From Candidatus Saccharimonadales bacterium (GTDB lineage Bacteria > Patescibacteriota > Saccharimonadia > Saccharimonadales > 2-12-FULL-41-12): a stretch of DNA of 64,000 nt. The stretch lies in contig JBFIJM010000001.1 of the NCBI GenBank assembly GCA_041600715.1, forward strand, positions 256,387 to 320,386. Direction: 5' to 3'. Positions 42,963-52,792 of this stretch are shown here, piece after piece (position 1 is the first letter of the stretch; each line of letters starts with the position of its first letter). The notes under the pieces were generated by a model. It was given only the letters and a program-made list of their open reading frames with translations, searched no databases and was not told the origin of the DNA. The position numbers and the translations under genes are program-made.

Positions 42963-45002
42963 TTAATTGAGATTAGTAACAGCTCGATACTTTTGCACAG
43001 CTATCTTAAGCTCTGGATATTTATTTAACTTCAGGCCGTTGTGTATAAACATGCTCGCGCTATTTCTGGCAGACGATATCAGTACAGCATCTGTAAGATT
43101 TGCTATTCGCAAATCCAACTGGCCTGACTGGTCTTTACCGTAAATCGCTCCCGGACCCCGGATCTCAAGATCGAGTTCAGCTAATTTGAAACCATCGTTA
43201 TTATTTTGGAGAGCTTTGAGACGCCTAGATGGCTCCTTGCTGTCACTCATTACTAGATAGCAATATCCCTGGTGAGAGCCACGCCCCACGCGCCCACGGA
43301 GCTGGTGTGCCTGAGCGAGACCAAACCTCTCCGCTCCTTCGATCAGCATTATTGTCGCATTTGGAACGTTTACTCCTACCTCTACTACTGTGGTTGCGAC
43401 TAGTATTTCTATTTCGCCAGCAACAAACATCTCCATGACACTATCTTTAGCCTCGGGCTTCATCTTTCCGTGAAGCAATGCAACTTTCCTGTGTTTAAAA
43501 ACTTTTTTACTAAGTTCTTCGTATACTTTTTCTGCTGAAATCACATTTAACACTTCTGATTCTTGGATCAACGGGCAAACGACAAAGGCCTGTCTGCCAG
43601 CTGTAAGCTCTGCTTCAATCTTTTCATACATTTGCTTTCTAGAGTTTGGAGAAACAATCTCTGTCATCACAGGATTTCGTCCGGGTGGTAATTCATCAAG
43701 GATAGATATATCTAATTCGCCATATAGCGTAAGTGCGAGCGTACGAGGTATCGGGGTGGCCGTCATACTAAGAACGTGCGGCATTATACCTGCCTTAGCC
43801 TGAAGTTTTTTACGTTGGTCGACACCAAATCTATGTTGTTCGTCGATTATAACTAGACCCAGGTTGTGCAGGTCAACTCTTTCTGTGATTAAGGCATGAG
43901 TACCTATAATCATGCGTGCATCACCGTTTTTTATACGTGCATGAGCTGTACGTTTCTGTTGGGGCTTCATGCTACCAACTAATAAGGTAACTTCGGACTC
44001 TAGCCCAATATAAGATAGTAGCTCGTGCACAGTTGTAGCATGCTGTCTTGCCAATACCTCTGTGGGTGCCATTAGGGTTACCTGGAACCCAGCTTCCATT
44101 GCCATAACGGCCGACATTACTGCTACCACTGTCTTACCTGATCCTACGTCTCCTTCAACCAATCTGTTCATTGGTTTTTCTGCATGTAAATCACCATAGA
44201 TCTGCCATGTAGTTTTTCGCTGAGCATCAGTTAATTTATATGGAAGCGCGGAAACAAACTTTTTTGCAGTCTTTTCATTAAACGGAATATTGACACCTGT
44301 ATCCTGTTCATATTGTTGCTTATTAAGCAGGCTTGCAAGCGTGATACCAAACAATTCTTCGAACCCTAGTCTTCGCTTGGCTTCAGCTAACTCCTCCATG
44401 CTTTCCGGGAAGTGCATGGTTTGTACTGCTTTAGCCCGTGACATAAGACCTACGTCTGTCACCACTTGGCTGGGCAATGTTTCTGGTAACATTTTAATCT
44501 CAGATATAAGCAAACTCAGGGCTTTACGAATCACGGTTGACTTCAAGCCTTTAGTCTCTTTATATATTGGAACAATTCGAGCTGTATTAACAGGAAAAGA
44601 ACTCTCCAGCTCCATGCTTGGGTTCAAAATTGCTAATCTGCCCCGGGAAAGTTCAAAGTTACCAGAAACAAAGTATGTATGACTTGGCTTAATTGAATTG
44701 GCACGGTATGGTTGATTGAACCAAACAAGCCTTATACTGCCAGAATCATCGCTGGCAACTGCCTCTGTAATATGCATACCTCTGCGAACATAGCGCCCTA
44801 CGGCCTGTTTTACGGTAACCTTTATGGTTACAGCATTCCCGGGCTTTATGCTAGAGGTTTTTTGCAGGTTTGAGTAGTCATCATATCGTCTGGGGTAATA
44901 ACTAATTAAGTCGGCTATAGTCACGATCCCCAAGGTGGAAAGCTTTCCGCCAACCGATGGGCCAATTCCCTTAATTTCGGTAATGTTCTTATCTAGATTC
45001 AT
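42963..45002 (-). CDS. recG: ATP-dependent DNA helicase RecG
   Basis: 679-aa ORF with an N-terminal wedge/OB region and helicase motifs GDVGSGKT, DEQHRFG and QLRGRVGRG. Confidence 0.96.
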   Translation of the reverse strand: MNLDKNITEIKGIGPSVGGKLSTLGIVTIADLISYYPRRYDDYSNLQKTSSIKPGNAVTIKVTVKQAVGRYVRRGMHITEAVASDDSGSIRLVWFNQPYRANSIKPSHTYFVSGNFELSRGRLAILNPSMELESSFPVNTARIVPIYKETKGLKSTVIRKALSLLISEIKMLPETLPSQVVTDVGLMSRAKAVQTMHFPESMEELAEAKRRLGFEELFGITLASLLNKQQYEQDTGVNIPFNEKTAKKFVSALPYKLTDAQRKTTWQIYGDLHAEKPMNRLVEGDVGSGKTVVAVMSAVMAMEAGFQVTLMAPTEVLARQHATTVHELLSYIGLESEVTLLVGSMKPQQKRTAHARIKNGDARMIIGTHALITERVDLHNLGLVIIDEQHRFGVDQRKKLQAKAGIMPHVLSMTATPIPRTLALTLYGELDISILDELPPGRNPVMTEIVSPNSRKQMYEKIEAELTAGRQAFVVCPLIQESEVLNVISAEKVYEELSKKVFKHRKVALLHGKMKPEAKDSVMEMFVAGEIEILVATTVVEVGVNVPNATIMLIEGAERFGLAQAHQLRGRVGRGSHQGYCYLVMSDSKEPSRRLKALQNNNDGFKLAELDLEIRGPGAIYGKDQSGQLDLRIANLTDAVLISSARNSASMFIHNGLKLNKYPELKIAVQKYRAVTNLN

Positions 45003-45072
45003 TACTGACAGTATATCTTAGTCATAATGATTGCTTGAAACATCCTAAATATTGTGGTTATGTTATAACGTA

Positions 45073-45441
45073 ATGCCGGACGAAATTAATAACCCAAATA
45101 ATCTGCCTACAAACGACGATCTGAATGCGGTATTGGCGCGCGAAGCTACCTCTAGTCCCAGTCAGCACATTGACTCAGCCAGCTTAAAGCAAAAGCTTAG
45201 CCAGCAAGGCATGGCAAGTAAGCAAGATAGCGCGTATTTACACCAACAAGTAAAACCAGGTCAGATTATCGGTTACGGTATTCCTACAGACCAAAAGGTA
45301 GTCCTACCTCAGCCCAAAGGTGCCAGAGGATTATCCAAGAAAACTCTTAGATATCTCGTATTTATGGTTATAGGCGTCCTTACAATACTAGTAATTTATG
45401 TAGTCATCGTGATTGCTCGTAATATTGCGAACCAGTCCTAG
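45073..45441 (+). CDS. Hypothetical tail-anchored membrane protein (122 aa)
   Basis: The track ORF was trimmed to its first ATG (MPDEINNPNNL...). It has a low-complexity N-terminal region and a single C-terminal TM segment (YLVFMVIGVLTILVIYVVIVIA). Confidence 0.5.
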   Translation: MPDEINNPNNLPTNDDLNAVLAREATSSPSQHIDSASLKQKLSQQGMASKQDSAYLHQQVKPGQIIGYGIPTDQKVVLPQPKGARGLSKKTLRYLVFMVIGVLTILVIYVVIVIARNIANQS

Positions 45442-45458
45442 ATAACCTCGTTGCGAGA

Positions 45459-46280
45459 TTATTTTTTTCTTAACAGAAAGAACACACTCGGCCCAAAATA
45501 TGTACGAGCTAGTGTGGGTTGCATAATTTTTTCTAGACTAAGCATGGCACTTCTCGGGATAATTTTTTTCAGTCCAGGGCTTCGCAGATTTGATACTGAC
45601 AAAACTTTTTCTACCTTAAAGCCTGCCTTATCGAGCTGTTTTATTATGGTCTTGGGGTTATGATTTACAAAAGCTATTTCTTCATCTCTTTGATTCTCTT
45701 TGGAGCGGATGTCCACTGGCTTGACAGGTAGACGTTTACCCTTGACTGCGTGCTTAATGCGATTTCTTGCGTGCGCATAATTTGCTAGCTCGAGCACAAT
45801 GTATCCGTCTTTTGATAAAGTTCTATGCAGTTCAGCAAATTCTTTAGAAGGATCTGGCAGATGATGCATAACTCTTATCATTGTATATAGGTCTATAGAC
45901 TCGTCTTTAAACTTCAGATCATCAGCTTGCATTAATTTACTATCGATCCGTTTGTGATTTTTAAGATAATCTTTAGCAATATCTAGTTGGCTTTTGGCCG
46001 GTTCAGCAAGCGTAACTTTGTCTGCGTACTCTTCTAACAATAGACAAAGCCGTCCATAACCGCCCCCAATATCCACTGCGTGTTTAAACTTTTTACCTTT
46101 TATTAAGCGTTTAATAGCCATTTCTTCTGAAGCATGTTCGTAGTCACGTCCATCCCAATACTTTAAGTAATTGTAATTATCGTTATCGTACTGATTGGCG
46201 ATCTTCTTTGAACTTGCCTTTTTGTTGGTAGTCTTAGATCTGTTTAACGGTTTCTTATTGGTAGATTTATTTGTAGGCAT
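45459..46280 (-). CDS. Class I SAM-dependent methyltransferase
   Basis: 273-aa ORF with motif I VDIGGGYGRL, preceded by a basic N-terminal tail. Confidence 0.8.
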   Translation of the reverse strand: MPTNKSTNKKPLNRSKTTNKKASSKKIANQYDNDNYNYLKYWDGRDYEHASEEMAIKRLIKGKKFKHAVDIGGGYGRLCLLLEEYADKVTLAEPAKSQLDIAKDYLKNHKRIDSKLMQADDLKFKDESIDLYTMIRVMHHLPDPSKEFAELHRTLSKDGYIVLELANYAHARNRIKHAVKGKRLPVKPVDIRSKENQRDEEIAFVNHNPKTIIKQLDKAGFKVEKVLSVSNLRSPGLKKIIPRSAMLSLEKIMQPTLARTYFGPSVFFLLRKK

Positions 46281-46322
46281 AAAAAATAGTATAGCAGGTA
46301 ATTAATCAGCTCTTTAGAATGT

Positions 46323-47546
46323 TTACTTTTTTTGTACTACTGCGAAATTATTCTTTCCGCGCTTTACCAAATTTAACCCGGATACAAACAAGTGCAGATT
46401 CTGCGGGCCAGCTTTCTGGCCGTTTACGTATATTGCCCCTGCTTCTAAGAATGTTCTAGCCTGTTTCTTTGAGCTTGCTAGACCTGCATTTACTAATGTT
46501 TGCGCCATATCTGGGTCTTCTTTAACAACCCCCAGCTCATCTGCCAGAATCTTTTTCTGTTTCTTGTCTAGCTCAACAAAGCTAATATCGCCAAATAATG
46601 CTTCAGTTACTCTTACGATATCATCTGAGCGTTCTTTTCCATGGACAAGCTTAGTCACTTCATATGCAAGAAGGCGCTGGGCCAAACGATTACCTCTGTT
46701 AGTATTAAACTCCGCCATAGCAAGATCAATTTTTTGCTTATCGAGTTCTGTAAAGATTTTTAGATAGTATTCGATATTTTCATCATCCACATTTAGCCAA
46801 AATTGGTAGAACTTATAAATACTAGTTTTCTTCTCGTCTAACCATATTGCCCCGTCTTCACTCTTGCCAAACTTCTTACCTGTAGCCTTATTGATAACTA
46901 AAGGTAGAGTAATTGCATGCACCTGTGCGCCACGTGTTTTTCGGATCAATTCAACACCACTTAGGCAATTGCCCCACTGGTCTGAACCGCCAATTTGTAA
47001 TGAAACATTATATTTATCAAAAAGATGCAAAAAGTCATACCCTTGAAGTAAGGTGTAGCTGAACTCTGCGTAACTAATACCGTTGCCACCAATACGTTTG
47101 GCTATATAGTCGCGTTGCACTAGGTTTGTCATGCTGTAATGCTTGCCGATATCTCTTAAAAACGGAAGTAGTTTCACGTCTTTAGTCCAGTCCAAGTTGT
47201 TAACAAGTGTAAATTTATACCCATGGAGTATGTTTTTTAGCTGTTTTTCGGCACATTTTATATTGTGAGCTATAGTTTTTTCATCTTGGATATCACGTTC
47301 TTTATCTTTACCTCCTGGATCGCCAATCATGCTTGTAGCTCCCCCAGCCAACAATATCGCTTTGTGCCCATGTCTCAAGAAGAGCTTGTCGACCATCATA
47401 GCTGCAAGATTACCGATAGTCTGGCTATCCCTGGACGCATCATATCCGTGATAGAACGTCCATTTTTGGGCATCTAGATCTTTAACATCTGTAAATGTGG
47501 CATCCTGGATAAAACCACGCCATAGTAGTTCTTCTGAAAGTGTCAT
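46323..47546 (-). CDS. tyrS: Tyrosine--tRNA ligase
   Basis: 407-aa ORF that, from memory, is collinear with bacterial TyrRS (GGATSMIGDPGGK, QIGGSDQWGN, KFGKS, C-terminal S4 domain). The HIGH motif reads TIGN. Confidence 0.93.
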   Translation of the reverse strand: MTLSEELLWRGFIQDATFTDVKDLDAQKWTFYHGYDASRDSQTIGNLAAMMVDKLFLRHGHKAILLAGGATSMIGDPGGKDKERDIQDEKTIAHNIKCAEKQLKNILHGYKFTLVNNLDWTKDVKLLPFLRDIGKHYSMTNLVQRDYIAKRIGGNGISYAEFSYTLLQGYDFLHLFDKYNVSLQIGGSDQWGNCLSGVELIRKTRGAQVHAITLPLVINKATGKKFGKSEDGAIWLDEKKTSIYKFYQFWLNVDDENIEYYLKIFTELDKQKIDLAMAEFNTNRGNRLAQRLLAYEVTKLVHGKERSDDIVRVTEALFGDISFVELDKKQKKILADELGVVKEDPDMAQTLVNAGLASSKKQARTFLEAGAIYVNGQKAGPQNLHLFVSGLNLVKRGKNNFAVVQKK

Positions 47547-47662
47547 ATAAGTAAGTATACCTATTTGTACTTTTTATGGCTATTCACCGCACTAAAATGG
47601 TATAATGAACTCATTAATAAGTGTTCTGTCACCTGAGTAACTAAGGAGTTATCAACCAATAA

Positions 47663-50600
47663 ATGAAGAATCCTATCAAACGCAAAGGATCGGCAAAGAG
47701 TGGTCTTCACTCACAAAGCCAACATCACATTACGAAAAGCGGAAATAAGATAAAGCTCAACCAAAATATGGTGGGTCGCATTAAGGCCAAAAGAGATGCA
47801 CGTGCGCGAAAGAAGGCTGCTTATCTTGCTACATTACCAAAAGGGCGTTTACAAAGAGCATTGTATAGAATGCACCCTAGAAGAGTTGCAAAATATTGGT
47901 TTAGTCGCGAAGGGGGCATTATGGCCCTCAAAATTGCTGGAATAGGGGCTCTTGCTTCATTCCTTTTTCTAATTGGTATATTTGCATATTTTCGTAAGGA
48001 TCTGCCAAATCTTCGTGATATTTCCGGCAATAATATCGGTGGCTCAATTAGATATTATGATCGCACAGGACAAACTATGCTTTGGGAAGACTACGATGCC
48101 GTTAAACGTATCCCTGTACAAGAAGAAAATCAGGCACAGGTTATAAAAGATGCTACTATCGCGATCGAAGATAAGGATTTCTTTAATCATGGTGGCTTCG
48201 ATGTAAAAGGCATCACAAGAGCAGGTGTTAATAACTTTGTCGGTAAGAGCGGGACTACCCAAGGTGGATCAACGATTACCCAACAGTTAGTCAAACTTAC
48301 TCAAAACTGGAGCACCGAACAAACTTATACACGCAAAGTGAAGGAACTTATCCTCTCTGTTGAACTTGAACGCTCATACACTAAGCAGGAGATACTTGCA
48401 GGATACCTTAACACTGCCCCTTATGGAGATATTACCTATGGTGTTGAAGCAGCGATGCAAGATTACTTCAATAAATCGGCTAAAGAAATCACCCTAGACG
48501 AAGCAGCGTTCTTAGCAGCAATTCCAAAATCTCCAACTTATTACTCTCCTTATGGCGCGAGTTATAAGAAAGAGGCATTAATAGGACGTCAGCATTACAT
48601 ACTAGATTTGATGGTCGAACAAAATAAAATTACCTCAGATCAGGCAAAGGAAGCTAAGACAATAGATACCTTGGCCAAAATTAAACCTAGAAAACCGAAA
48701 TATGACGGGATACAGGCTCCGTGGTTTGTATTAACTGCCAAAGAGAAACTGACTCAAATGCGTGGAGCAAATACTGTTGCTCTTGGAGGACTAAAAGTCA
48801 CAACAACACTAGACATGGAAAAACAAAAGATTGCTGAGGAAGAAGTTCAAAAAGGCCTAAAACAAGTGCAACGTCAGGGCGGTGATAGCGTAGCGTTTGT
48901 AGCGGAAGAAGTTGCAACAGGTCAAGTAGTAGCGCTGGTTGGTGGTACAGACTTCAACAATGAAGAATATGGCCAGAACAATTATGCAAGGTCTAAGCTT
49001 CCTCCTGGCTCGAGTTTTAAGCCATACGACTATTTGTCAGCGATAGAGCATACTGACCAATTTGGCGCAGGATCTGTTCTTTATGACACTCAAGGACCAG
49101 TAGACGGATACCCTTGTACAAACAAAGCCCGTCCACAAAACGGTGGAAACTGTCTTCATGACTATGACTTTAGGTATCCTGGACCACTGACTCTTCGTTA
49201 TGCTCTTGGTGGGTCACGTAACGTTCCGGCTGTTAAGGCAATGGCTATTGTTGGTGTAGATAAAACTATCAAGACAGCAGAGAGTATGGGTCTAAAAGAC
49301 ACAGGTGACGACCGAGTAGAAGGTCAGGGATATAAATGTTACGAAGACGATGGATTGACAAAAGAATCGCCCTGTTACACCTCTTCTGCGCTAGGTGACG
49401 GCGCCTACCTAAAACTTGATGAACATGTTCATGGTTACAGTACGATGTCCCGCAATGGCAACCTAATCCCTCAGACATATATCTTAAAGATAGAAGATTC
49501 TAGGGGTGAAGTAGTTGAGGAATGGAAACCAAGCGAAGGTAAACAAGTCGTAAGAGACGAATCGGCCTACATTGTTGCAGATATGCTACAAGACCCTAAG
49601 GCTAGCTATTTTGCACGTAAGGCGCACACCTACAATGGTCACAAATTTGCACTAAAAACTGGTACGACCAATGATTCTAAAGATGGATGGATGATGGGAT
49701 TCTCTACACAGTACTCTGCTGGTGTCTGGGTAGGTTACCATAACAGACAAGTTGAACTTACAGGCTTCATGGAGAGAATGACCGAGCCTATATGGTCAGG
49801 CTGGATGAAGCGGACCCATCAAAACTTAGAACCGAAGGAACGTCCACGCCCAGCAGGTATTAAAGAACAGCCTGCATTCGTAGTACGAAACCACGTCGGC
49901 GTAGGATCGATAGAACCTAGTCCTAGCAACGACCTCTTCCCTTCTTGGTACAAGACAAAATCTAAAACGGGCGGTCGACAAACAATAGACAAGGTATCTA
50001 ATAAATTAGCTACAGACTGTACTCCTGATATGGCAAGAGAAGAGGTTGGAAATGCCAATGCAAACCAATTCTCTGCTGACAGATTCGTTGATGGCGGAGG
50101 TAGTGCTAATACCACTGAACGAGATGATGTTCATAAATGTGAAGATGCCAAACCTAGCGTGACACTTACTGTTGGTGGTGGAAACGGTAGTTATTTAATG
50201 ACCGCTACCGCTTCCCAAGGAACTCACCCAATATCGAGTGATCGGTTCCGAGGGACATTAAACCTAAAAGTCGACGGAAACGTTGTGGCATCTTTTGAGG
50301 TCGGCAGTAGCCCAAGCACTTTCAGCCATCAGGTTACAGGGATAGGTCCTGGCACGCATGCTTTTAGTGCCGAGATCATTGATAGTGTTCTATACTCTAA
50401 TTCAGACACAAAAAACGTAGAGGTCGCGGCAGAACCCCCAAAGACGATTACTCTGAGTAAAACTGGTGGTCCCGTAAACTTTAAATTCTCATGGAACCCA
50501 GTTTCGGGGGCATCGAGCTATACTGTCTGCGCAACCTCTAACGAAAATCCTAGTGAACAATGTGAAAGCTCGTCTGGAACAACAATTCAAATGAACATCC

Positions 50601-50671
50601 CTCCTGGAACAAATCGTCAAGCCTATGTACGTTCAAATAATGGTGTTGTCTCTGCGACAATTGGTCTTTAG
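47663..50671 (+). CDS. Class A penicillin-binding protein (transglycosylase/transpeptidase) with a C-terminal Ig/FN3-like extension
   Basis: 1002-aa ORF with GT51 motifs (EDKDFFNHGG, GGSTITQQLVK) and transpeptidase motifs (SSFKP, SRN, KTGTT). The N-terminus has a basic tail followed by a TM segment. Confidence 0.93.
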   Translation: MKNPIKRKGSAKSGLHSQSQHHITKSGNKIKLNQNMVGRIKAKRDARARKKAAYLATLPKGRLQRALYRMHPRRVAKYWFSREGGIMALKIAGIGALASFLFLIGIFAYFRKDLPNLRDISGNNIGGSIRYYDRTGQTMLWEDYDAVKRIPVQEENQAQVIKDATIAIEDKDFFNHGGFDVKGITRAGVNNFVGKSGTTQGGSTITQQLVKLTQNWSTEQTYTRKVKELILSVELERSYTKQEILAGYLNTAPYGDITYGVEAAMQDYFNKSAKEITLDEAAFLAAIPKSPTYYSPYGASYKKEALIGRQHYILDLMVEQNKITSDQAKEAKTIDTLAKIKPRKPKYDGIQAPWFVLTAKEKLTQMRGANTVALGGLKVTTTLDMEKQKIAEEEVQKGLKQVQRQGGDSVAFVAEEVATGQVVALVGGTDFNNEEYGQNNYARSKLPPGSSFKPYDYLSAIEHTDQFGAGSVLYDTQGPVDGYPCTNKARPQNGGNCLHDYDFRYPGPLTLRYALGGSRNVPAVKAMAIVGVDKTIKTAESMGLKDTGDDRVEGQGYKCYEDDGLTKESPCYTSSALGDGAYLKLDEHVHGYSTMSRNGNLIPQTYILKIEDSRGEVVEEWKPSEGKQVVRDESAYIVADMLQDPKASYFARKAHTYNGHKFALKTGTTNDSKDGWMMGFSTQYSAGVWVGYHNRQVELTGFMERMTEPIWSGWMKRTHQNLEPKERPRPAGIKEQPAFVVRNHVGVGSIEPSPSNDLFPSWYKTKSKTGGRQTIDKVSNKLATDCTPDMAREEVGNANANQFSADRFVDGGGSANTTERDDVHKCEDAKPSVTLTVGGGNGSYLMTATASQGTHPISSDRFRGTLNLKVDGNVVASFEVGSSPSTFSHQVTGIGPGTHAFSAEIIDSVLYSNSDTKNVEVAAEPPKTITLSKTGGPVNFKFSWNPVSGASSYTVCATSNENPSEQCESSSGTTIQMNIPPGTNRQAYVRSNNGVVSATIGL

Positions 50672-51381
50672 TTATTTGGTTTCGATGGGCGAGAATTAAT
50701 AGTTGATGCACGCTTTGCAAACATCATTTTGCCAGCTTCAGTTTGAAGCATTCGTGTAACTGAGACTTCGACTTTCTTTCCTATCATGTGTCCGGCACCG
50801 CTTACTACCACCATTGTTCCATCTTCTAAATAGCCAACACCCTGGTCTTTGCTACTACCTTTTTGAACAATTTTAACTGTTTGCTTTTCACCGGGTAGTG
50901 CTACAGGTCGGACGCTTTGAGCTAACTCGTTTAAGTTCAACACCCTAACACCCGCAATTTTGGCAACTTTATTGAGATTATAATCAGTTGTACAAAGATC
51001 ACCAGACACTTTAACAGCCATTCTTACCAACTTATCATCAGTTGCTTTCTCCGCAGGGAAATCATCTTCTGTTATGATGACCCTGTCTGTTAGTTCCTCC
51101 TGAAGCACACTTACCATATCAAGTCCAAAACGAGCTCTTTCGCGCTTATGAGCATCCCCTCCGTCTGCCAGAAGTTGAAGCTCATGGACAATAAATCTAG
51201 GTACAATCAATCTATCAGGAGCAAACCCTGCTTTAGCGACATCTACTATCCGTCCATCAATAAGGGCACTAGAATCGAGAACTAAGGCCCCTCTGTTACG
51301 CTTAGTCCTGTTCTGCTCTTTCTGACTTATAAGTATTAACAAGATAGTTACTAGTAAGGTAATATGAATTATTTCAAGCAT
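50668..51381 (-). CDS. PIN/TRAM domain protein (YacL-like)
   Basis: 237-aa ORF with an N-terminal TM segment, a PIN-like region (VLDSSALIDGRI) and a C-terminal TRAM-like region. It sits immediately downstream of radA, as is common. Confidence 0.75.
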   Translation of the reverse strand: MLEIIHITLLVTILLILISQKEQNRTKRNRGALVLDSSALIDGRIVDVAKAGFAPDRLIVPRFIVHELQLLADGGDAHKRERARFGLDMVSVLQEELTDRVIITEDDFPAEKATDDKLVRMAVKVSGDLCTTDYNLNKVAKIAGVRVLNLNELAQSVRPVALPGEKQTVKIVQKGSSKDQGVGYLEDGTMVVVSGAGHMIGKKVEVSVTRMLQTEAGKMMFAKRASTINSRPSKPNN

Positions 51382-51396
51382 TATTTTCGTCCTTTT

Positions 51397-52752
51397 TTAT
51401 GTCTTTAAATATCTATTTAACGCTTCACGAACATCAGTCACAGGCTGTAAGATATCAACTTTTTTGCCCTTTTTGGCCGACTTTGGCCCAATCGCAATAT
51501 CAAAACCTAATTTAACAGCCTCTGAAATTCTCTTTTCAGAAAAAGGAACATGGCGTACCTCACCTGACAGTCCAACTTCACCAAAGACAACAGCATGCTC
51601 CTTGAGTTGCATACCTTTGCTAGCTGAGGCAATTGCCAAGCATACCGCAAGATCAACTCCAGGATCAACGATTTTAAGACCCCCAACGATGTTTATATAG
51701 ATATCCTGATCGTGTAATTGAAGCTTCGTTCTTCTTTCAAGCATTGCGATCAATAAATTGAGTCTATTTAACTCAATTCCGCTTGATGCCCTTTTAGGAT
51801 ATCCATATGACGTTTTATTCACTAAAGCTTGTACCTCGACAAGCATTGGTCTACTGCCTTCCATTGTTGCTAATACAATGGATCCATCTGTTACTTGACG
51901 TTCACTAAGGAGAGCTGCGGATGGGTTTTCTACTTGTATTAAGCCCTCTTCCTGCATTTCAAATATGCCTGTTTCGCTTGTGGCTCCGTAACGATTTTTG
52001 ATACTTCGTAATACTTTAAATCCACCATACCTATCCCCTTCAAGTTGTAGGACGGTATCTACTACATGTTCTAGTACTTTAGGTCCAGCTATTGATCCTT
52101 CTTTAGTAACATGCCCAACCAATATAATCGCTGTATTGGTCTGCTTAGCTGTAGTAATGAGCATATGAGCACAATTTGTTATTTGAGTTACACTCCCCGC
52201 TGCAGACGGAACAGAATCAGTAGTAATCGTCTGGATTGAATCCACGACTACTACATCGTATTTTCCTTCATGAATTGTCTTCAATATATCTTCCACGGTC
52301 GTCGTCGTAGCTAGTTGGATATTACTTTTTGCAACTCTTAAACGCTCAGCACGAAGACCGACCTGATGGGCTGATTCTTCACCGCTCGCATATAGAGTTT
52401 TGACGGTTTTAGATAAACCAGCAGAAAGCTGGAGCATTAATGTACTCTTTCCAATTCCGGGCTGGCCGGCTATAAGAGTTACGCTACCCCTTACTAACCC
52501 ACCTCCTAGGACATTATCAACTTCTGATATACCGCTCAAAATTCTTTCTGAGTTGTCTGATGTGGAAGCATTGCCTATTAGGCTTATCTCTAAATTTTTG
52601 CCTGATGATAAGGCCTTGCCTTTGGGAGATATAAGCACTGCTTCTTCTTGCAGAGTATTCCATTCTCCACAGTTGCTACATCTCCCTGACCATGCAGAGA
52701 ACTGAGCGCCACAGTTATTGCATACAAACTTACTAACAGATTTCTTTACCAT
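51397..52752 (-). CDS. radA: DNA repair protein RadA/Sms
   Basis: 451-aa ORF with a zinc finger (CNNCGAQFSAWSGRCSNCGEWNT), Walker A (GQPGIGKST), a KNRYG motif and a Lon-like C-terminal domain. Confidence 0.97.
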   Translation of the reverse strand: MVKKSVSKFVCNNCGAQFSAWSGRCSNCGEWNTLQEEAVLISPKGKALSSGKNLEISLIGNASTSDNSERILSGISEVDNVLGGGLVRGSVTLIAGQPGIGKSTLMLQLSAGLSKTVKTLYASGEESAHQVGLRAERLRVAKSNIQLATTTTVEDILKTIHEGKYDVVVVDSIQTITTDSVPSAAGSVTQITNCAHMLITTAKQTNTAIILVGHVTKEGSIAGPKVLEHVVDTVLQLEGDRYGGFKVLRSIKNRYGATSETGIFEMQEEGLIQVENPSAALLSERQVTDGSIVLATMEGSRPMLVEVQALVNKTSYGYPKRASSGIELNRLNLLIAMLERRTKLQLHDQDIYINIVGGLKIVDPGVDLAVCLAIASASKGMQLKEHAVVFGEVGLSGEVRHVPFSEKRISEAVKLGFDIAIGPKSAKKGKKVDILQPVTDVREALNRYLKT

Positions 52753-52792
52753 CTATAATGTATTCTAACTTGATGGAGACTATATGAACAGG

